Assembly (NCBI GenBank): GCA_900549285.1
Contig: URNW01000005.1
Span: 794-64,793 of the forward strand
Origin: an uncultured Mycoplasmatota bacterium
GTDB lineage: Bacteria; Bacillota_I; Bacilli_A; RF39; UBA660
Direction: 5' to 3'
DNA: 64,000 nt
Part shown: in pieces, positions 59,685-64,000 of the stretch
Numbering within the stretch: the stretch's first letter is position 1
Layout: each line of letters starts with the position of its first letter
Notes under the pieces: generated by a model
What the model saw: only the letters and a program-made list of their open reading frames with translations
Told to the model about the DNA's origin: nothing
Databases searched by the model: none
Program-made: the position numbers and the translations under genes

Positions 59685-60568
59685 TTTCTATAATAATCTT
59701 CATCAGCAAATCTTACGCATATAACATTATTATTACTATCTAAATATAATATAACATTATCACTAAAATCAGTTCTTATTCTATACCCCTTAGATCCTTC
59801 GCCCTCAATGCCATCTAATATCTCACTATCTGCTACCATATCATCAAATTCATCTAAACCTATATCTTCTAATATATTGTTTATTTCTGTTGCCTTATCT
59901 ACATCAACATTAGCAACTCTACTAATTATATTAACCTCTCTTGGGTTCCCACCACCAACTGACAAAGCAATTCCTACTATCAATACGAAAAATAATATTA
60001 CACTAACTAAAATACCTACAAATACTTTTAATTTCTTTGTATCTTTTAAAACTGTACCACAATTTTTACATTTATAATCATTAAAATTATATACAGCACC
60101 ACACTTAGGACATTTTAATTCTTGCTTACTAATATCAACAGCATAATTTAATGCTTTCATAAAAGTATTATCTATAACACCCTCATTAGCATATACATTA
60201 ACCACTTTTTCTTCGCCGTTAACTTTATAATTTACTACCAAATAATCAATATTTTGTATTATTTGCTTCTTTTGTAAGCCACTTAAACCACCTAATATTA
60301 AACCAGCACCACCAAATAATACATTACCAACTATTCCGCGACCTATAACACTTTTATCTTTTTCTATCAATTCTTTATCGCTAATAATTGCTACATTACT
60401 AATATCTTTTAAATTAATCTTTAAAATAGGTCTTTTCTTAATATCACAAAACTGTAATTCATAGTTAGTTAATCTAACAATACAACTTGCTCCCTCTCTA
60501 ATACCTAACCCCTCATAATGTTTAACCTCTTTTGAATAAAATATTTTTTCTTTCATAACGCACCTCAC
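59657..60568 (-). CDS. hypothetical membrane protein (PH-like N-terminus, glycine zipper, zinc ribbon, TM, extracytoplasmic C-domain)
   Basis: GNVLFGGAGLILGGLSG and a CPKCG...CKNCG ribbon. The TM segment is VFVGILVSVILFFVLIVGIAL. Confidence 0.5.
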   Translation of the reverse strand: MRCVMKEKIFYSKEVKHYEGLGIREGASCIVRLTNYELQFCDIKKRPILKINLKDISNVAIISDKELIEKDKSVIGRGIVGNVLFGGAGLILGGLSGLQKKQIIQNIDYLVVNYKVNGEEKVVNVYANEGVIDNTFMKALNYAVDISKQELKCPKCGAVYNFNDYKCKNCGTVLKDTKKLKVFVGILVSVILFFVLIVGIALSVGGGNPREVNIISRVANVDVDKATEINNILEDIGLDEFDDMVADSEILDGIEGEGSKGYRIRTDFSDNVILYLDSNNNVICVRFADEDYYRNGNVLKKFE

Positions 60569-60686
60569 TATAAATAATTATATATTATTTCGGCAAAATA
60601 TACAATATCAATTATATAAATATAACTAATATTGCTATCACTGATTTCTAATAATTTTAAAATTATATATAAAGGAGGATAATCGC

Positions 60687-61019
60687 GTGGAGAATAATTT
60701 AAAGCAAATTCGTAATAGTAAAAATCTTTTGCAAACTAAAGTTGCTATGGACTTAAATATTACCCAAGAAGCTATATCTTCTTATGAAACTGGTCGAGTT
60801 TTCCCAAGTTCTGATATGTTAATTAAACTTGCTAATTACTACAATACATCTATTGATTACTTATTATGCCGAACTAAATATGATATGTCTATTGATGATG
60901 TTAAACCAAATAATATTTCTGATAATGACTTTATTTTACTTAACAAAATCAATAAATTATCTGCTACTAATAAAGCTAAAGTAGAAAGCTATATAGATGG
61001 TTTAAATGATAGTAAATAA
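60687..61019 (+). CDS. XRE-family HTH transcriptional regulator (phage repressor-like)
   Basis: LKQIRNSKNLLQTKVAMDLNITQEAISSYETGRVFPS. A GTG start lies 8 nt after AGGAGG. A hairpin terminator follows at about 61024-61055. Confidence 0.75.
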   Translation: MENNLKQIRNSKNLLQTKVAMDLNITQEAISSYETGRVFPSSDMLIKLANYYNTSIDYLLCRTKYDMSIDDVKPNNISDNDFILLNKINKLSATNKAKVESYIDGLNDSK

Positions 61020-61021
61020 TT

Positions 61022-61280
61022 ATGCCACAGCCACATCTCCTGGCTTTGGCTTTTTTACTCCAATAAATTTTAATATCTCTATACCTTTATGCTTATTTAA
61101 AAATTCTACATATTCTTTCATACTATAACAATAAATATATTTAACATCTTTCTTATATATTAAATCTGCTCTTATTGGTTTATCTTCCTCTATTCACACA
61201 TATATTCTTAAAATACCATTATTGCTGATGGTTCTTTTTATTTTATCTAACTTATTATTTAAACTATTTAAACTACCCAT
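61022..61280 (-). pseudogene. 86-codon frame coupled to the upstream gene but interrupted by one in-frame TGA (61196-61194)
   Basis: The ATG at 61280 overlaps the stop of the 127-aa gene (ATGGGTAG). The frame reads MGSLNSLNNKLDKIKRTISNNGILRIYV, then TGA, then IEEDKPIRADLIYKK...VAVA. Confidence 0.4.
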
Positions 61281-61656
61281 TATTAACACTCTCTTTCTCT
61301 CTCAATAATTCTTTCATTTTATCTATAATATTTCTTTGCTCATTAAATTTTAATATCATCTCTAAAATATTCTTTGACACATTAAATTTAACATTATCAC
61401 TAGCACTATCATTATCTAATATATTATCTAAGACTGTTATAGCCTTATTTCCCATTAAATTTATCTTATCAATGCAATTATCTACTATAAGGCTTTTTCT
61501 CTCATTTAAAACTGCTTTAAACTCGCTATTAGCAAGCCATCTATTCAATGTTGCTTCACTTACTCCAACAATTTTAGCACTTTCAACTATGCTATTTCCT
61601 TTTAACAATTCATTTATTGCTAATTCTTGTTTTACATTTAACTTAGCCATAATCAT
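61273..61656 (-). CDS. phage-type HTH protein (terminase small subunit-like / phBC6A51-type HTH)
   Basis: KQELAINELLKGNSIVESAKIVGVSEATLNRWL resembles TerS-like HTH N-termini. Confidence 0.45.
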   Translation of the reverse strand: MIMAKLNVKQELAINELLKGNSIVESAKIVGVSEATLNRWLANSEFKAVLNERKSLIVDNCIDKINLMGNKAITVLDNILDNDSASDNVKFNVSKNILEMILKFNEQRNIIDKMKELLREKESVNNG

Positions 61657-61746
61657 TGCTCCTTTTATTATTTTTAATAAAAATACTATTATTTCCTATT
61701 AAAAACTATTATTTTTCTATCTTTTTCTTTAATATTATATGTTTTT

Positions 61747-61995
61747 TTATAATTTAATAAATTCTATTATAATAGACTTACTTAAACTACTTATAGCCCT
61801 ATAATTATTAACATTAAAGCATTTTCTACTAACTGGTTTTGCCAATAAATCCAATTTTCTAGCAATATCAAAATAAGCAACTGTAAAACCTTCGCTTTCA
61901 ATTAAATAACTTAATATGCTTTGCTTCTCTATATATTTTATTATATGTTCATAATCTTCTTTTCTATTTCTTGTCTTTCTTCTATTAACATTCAA
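61747..61995 (-). CDS. hypothetical 82-aa protein
   Basis: ORF with a TTG start just after the upstream stop. No motif was recognised. Confidence 0.3.
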   Translation of the reverse strand: MNVNRRKTRNRKEDYEHIIKYIEKQSILSYLIESEGFTVAYFDIARKLDLLAKPVSRKCFNVNNYRAISSLSKSIIIEFIKL

Positions 61996-62000
61996 ATTTA

Positions 62001-62510
62001 TTAAACTACACTTAGGAACTCTTTCTTTTGGCTTTTTCTTTTTCTTAACAAACCACTCATTAACACATCTAATTCTTTTTTATAGCCATTAAAATAATAC
62101 TTATTAAAATTCGGGCTATCATAAACTTTTTTATCAAATTCTTCATTACTTAATTTCTTATTTAATATTTTTTGTAAATAATCTTCAATATCTCTAACCA
62201 TTGTCCCTAATGGGGCACCACAAACCATAATATGTAAATGCCAATTTACATATCTAATACCTTTAATTTTATTCTTAGGCATAAACTCATAACTAGGTCT
62301 TCCAACACCTTTGCATTTATATTTATAGTCAACGCTTTTTCCATCTACATTAGATAAACCAACTAAAATGCTATAATCATAATTACTATTTCCATACTTA
62401 TATTTTATAAACTTAATTAAATTATAATAAACTGCCTTTGCTTCTTCTTCACTAAATAGATAATATTCTGGGGTGCTTAATAATGTAACTCCAAATCTTC
62501 TACGCCCCAT
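62001..62510 (-). CDS. hypothetical protein with a possible HUH motif (Rep-like, tentative)
   Basis: WHLHIMV fits the HxH-hydrophobic pattern. The downstream tyrosines (NKYYFNGYKKE) could be catalytic. Confidence 0.3.
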   Translation of the reverse strand: MGRRRFGVTLLSTPEYYLFSEEEAKAVYYNLIKFIKYKYGNSNYDYSILVGLSNVDGKSVDYKYKCKGVGRPSYEFMPKNKIKGIRYVNWHLHIMVCGAPLGTMVRDIEDYLQKILNKKLSNEEFDKKVYDSPNFNKYYFNGYKKELDVLMSGLLRKRKSQKKEFLSVV

Positions 62511-62826
62511 AATTTTTACTCCTAATTTTTTCTATCAATTCTTTTAATAAAGGCACATTTACTACAATATCTTTATCATACAAATATAAATTCAAATTAT
62601 CATAACACAATAATACTAATGCTATATCATTTACTTTAATAATAAATCTATGTGGCTCAATAAAATTAACATTCGTATCAGCCACTCTAAATATAATTCC
62701 ATTTTTATATTCTAATTTCAAATTATTAAATATGCACATATTATTTAACTTATTATATAAATTCTCATTTAATGGCATATTAACTTTCTCAAATTTCATA
62801 CTATCAAACCTTTCTTTAATATGCAA
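62500..62826 (-). CDS. hypothetical 108-aa protein
   Basis: First ORF after the tRNA-proximal terminators. It overlaps the next gene by 11 nt. Confidence 0.35.
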   Translation of the reverse strand: MHIKERFDSMKFEKVNMPLNENLYNKLNNMCIFNNLKLEYKNGIIFRVADTNVNFIEPHRFIIKVNDIALVLLCYDNLNLYLYDKDIVVNVPLLKELIEKIRSKNYGA

Positions 62827-62901
62827 AAAAACTAGGATTTCCTATTGAAATTCCTAGCTTTTAGCTATCAAACAAACCAAAAGGTTTGATTTTCCCATAA
62901 A

Positions 62902-62978
62902 TGGGGCGAGATAAGGGAGTCGAACCCTTGCATAACAGAGCCACAATCTGCCGTGTTAACCACTTCACCAATCCCGCC
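62902..62978 (-). tRNA. tRNA-His (GTG anticodon), with encoded G-1 and CCA
   Basis: The reverse complement is GGCGGGATTGGTGAAGTGGTTAACACGGCAGATTGTGGCTCTGTTATGCAAGGGTTCGACTCCCTTATCTCGCCCCA. It has a cloverleaf with anticodon loop TTGTGGC, a GGTTCGACTCC T-arm, and an extra 5' G pairing with C73. Confidence 0.9.
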
Positions 62979-63079
62979 ATTTGAACAATATTAGAATATC
63001 AAATTTTACTTTAAATTGCAACTATTTTTATTTATTTTACTGTAATTTTTATAAAAATTATGCTATACTTTTGTTAAGT

Positions 63080-63113
63080 GCTAGTAAAGACTTAGTTTTT
63101 ACTAGCTTTTTTT
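63080..63113 (+). terminator. strong intrinsic terminator with no upstream plus-strand gene
   Basis: Stem gctagtaaaga (63080-63090) / tcttt-type partner tttttactagc (63096-63106), 9 Watson-Crick pairs plus a G-T and an A-T. A 7-T run follows. It lies between TGcTATACT (63061-63069) and the RBS of the next gene. Confidence 0.6.
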
Positions 63114-63127
63114 ATAGGGGTGAAAAT

Positions 63128-64000
63128 GTGATTATTTTTTCATGTTTAAAAAAAGAATTTGATGAATATGTTAATCAAGGAGTTATTAGCAATAAAGTTT
63201 ATGATGCGTATAAAGAAAAAATAGGCAAGAAAACCAAATTAAATCAAATTAAAGCTTGGGCTAATAGTTTGCCTTTTATGAAACCATTGTTAGAAAATTT
63301 ACCTAATGATGTAGGTATTGCTATTGAATTTAATATCCCTCTTACTAGTAAAAGAGTTGATTTTGTAATTAGTGGTTTTGATCTACATCACATGCCTATT
63401 ATTATTTTATTTGAATTAAAGCAATGGGAATATGTAGATGATGTTAAAAACCAAGATGCTGTTGTAAAAACTTTAATTTCCAATAAAGAAAAACCGTCTT
63501 TACACCCCTCTTATCAGGTTTTATGTTATTCTGAATTATTAGAAAATTATAATCAATACATAGAGAAATCCAAAGTCAAAGTTATCCCTATTGTGTATTT
63601 ACATAATTATATTTTAAAAGAACATGACATTTTATTTGCTAATAAATTCAAAAAATATTATAAAAAAGCATTCATTTTTGGAAAAGAAGACTCTCAAAAG
63701 TTAAAAAGTTTTATTGAAAAATTGATTGTATTTGGTGATGATCTAAATTTAATCCAGCAAATTGATCAAAGTAAGACTAAACCTAATAAAAAATTATTGG
63801 AATCTTTAGATATGATGATAGAAAATAATAAAATATATAATTTACTTGATGAACAAAAAACAATTGTTGAAGCGATTAAGTATGAAGCAAAGGAAGCATT
63901 TACTACGAATAAAAAGAAAGTTATTATTGTAAAGGGTGATCCAGGCACAGGAAAATCAGTTGTTGCTATTTATTTACTTGGCGAATTATTAAAACTTGGA
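63128..64000 (+). CDS. DUF2075-type P-loop NTPase with N-terminal nuclease-like module (partial, runs off the window)
   Basis: Open frame from the GTG at 63128 (RBS aggggtg) to the window end, 291 codons with no stop. It contains KAWANSLPFM...IEFNIPLTSKRVDFVISG...ELKQWE and Walker A GDPGTGKSV. It is absent from the ORF track because it has no stop codon. Confidence 0.65.
   Translation, partial: MIIFSCLKKEFDEYVNQGVISNKVYDAYKEKIGKKTKLNQIKAWANSLPFMKPLLENLPNDVGIAIEFNIPLTSKRVDFVISGFDLHHMPIIILFELKQWEYVDDVKNQDAVVKTLISNKEKPSLHPSYQVLCYSELLENYNQYIEKSKVKVIPIVYLHNYILKEHDILFANKFKKYYKKAFIFGKEDSQKLKSFIEKLIVFGDDLNLIQQIDQSKTKPNKKLLESLDMMIENNKIYNLLDEQKTIVEAIKYEAKEAFTTNKKKVIIVKGDPGTGKSVVAIYLLGELLKLG

Noticed and set aside
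61194-61196. In-frame TGA as evidence for a TGA=Trp (code 4) organism.
   Set aside because: All long housekeeping genes (uvrB, glmS, cysS, pflB) are intact under the standard code and use TGG for Trp. A single TGA in a decaying island is better explained as a nonsense mutation.

Overview
This is a very AT-rich chromosomal segment from a Gram-positive, Firmicutes-type organism. All product calls come from motifs read by eye; no database search was run.

Layout:
- 0-11.2 kb: housekeeping and envelope genes. These are an LtaS-like gene, GtrA, a lipoprotein, uvrB, a SufC/SufBD pair, MurT with a GatD-like partner, and glmS. An IS3 transposase relic follows.
- 11.5-35.3 kb: a roughly 24 kb, all-minus-strand cell-wall glycopolymer locus. 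It holds teichoic-acid-type linkage-unit genes (TagO/TagA/MnaA-like), an ABC-2 exporter, a complete GDP-heptose pathway, several multidomain glycosyltransferases, a radical SAM enzyme and a GtrA/GtrB/GT-C triad.
- 35.3-43.8 kb: a YugP-like protein, cysS, pflBA, a CDF transporter, secG, a DUF3761 protein and a stand-alone LigD phosphoesterase-polymerase gene.
- 43.8-53.0 kb: a type I-B CRISPR-Cas locus ordered cas6-cas8b-cas7-cas5-[array 2]-cas3-cas4-cas1-cas2-[array 1], all on the minus strand.
- 53.0-62.9 kb: an accessory island abutting tRNA-His. It carries a Ser/Thr kinase plus an unknown partner, a truncated resolvase, an ADP-ribosylglycohydrolase block with duplicated promoters, and phage or satellite-like regulators.
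- 63.1 kb to the end: a DUF2075-type NTPase that runs off the window.

Main findings:
- The cas6 upstream region contains degenerate repeat relics arranged as two mini-CRISPRs. The pseudo-spacer of the first matches the cas6 promoter at 18 of 20 positions next to a CCA. This makes it a candidate CreR-like Cas autoregulator.
- A 40-nt palindromic, TATAAT-containing motif is conserved in all three CRISPR leaders.
- The kinase gene pair is a candidate novel defence module.
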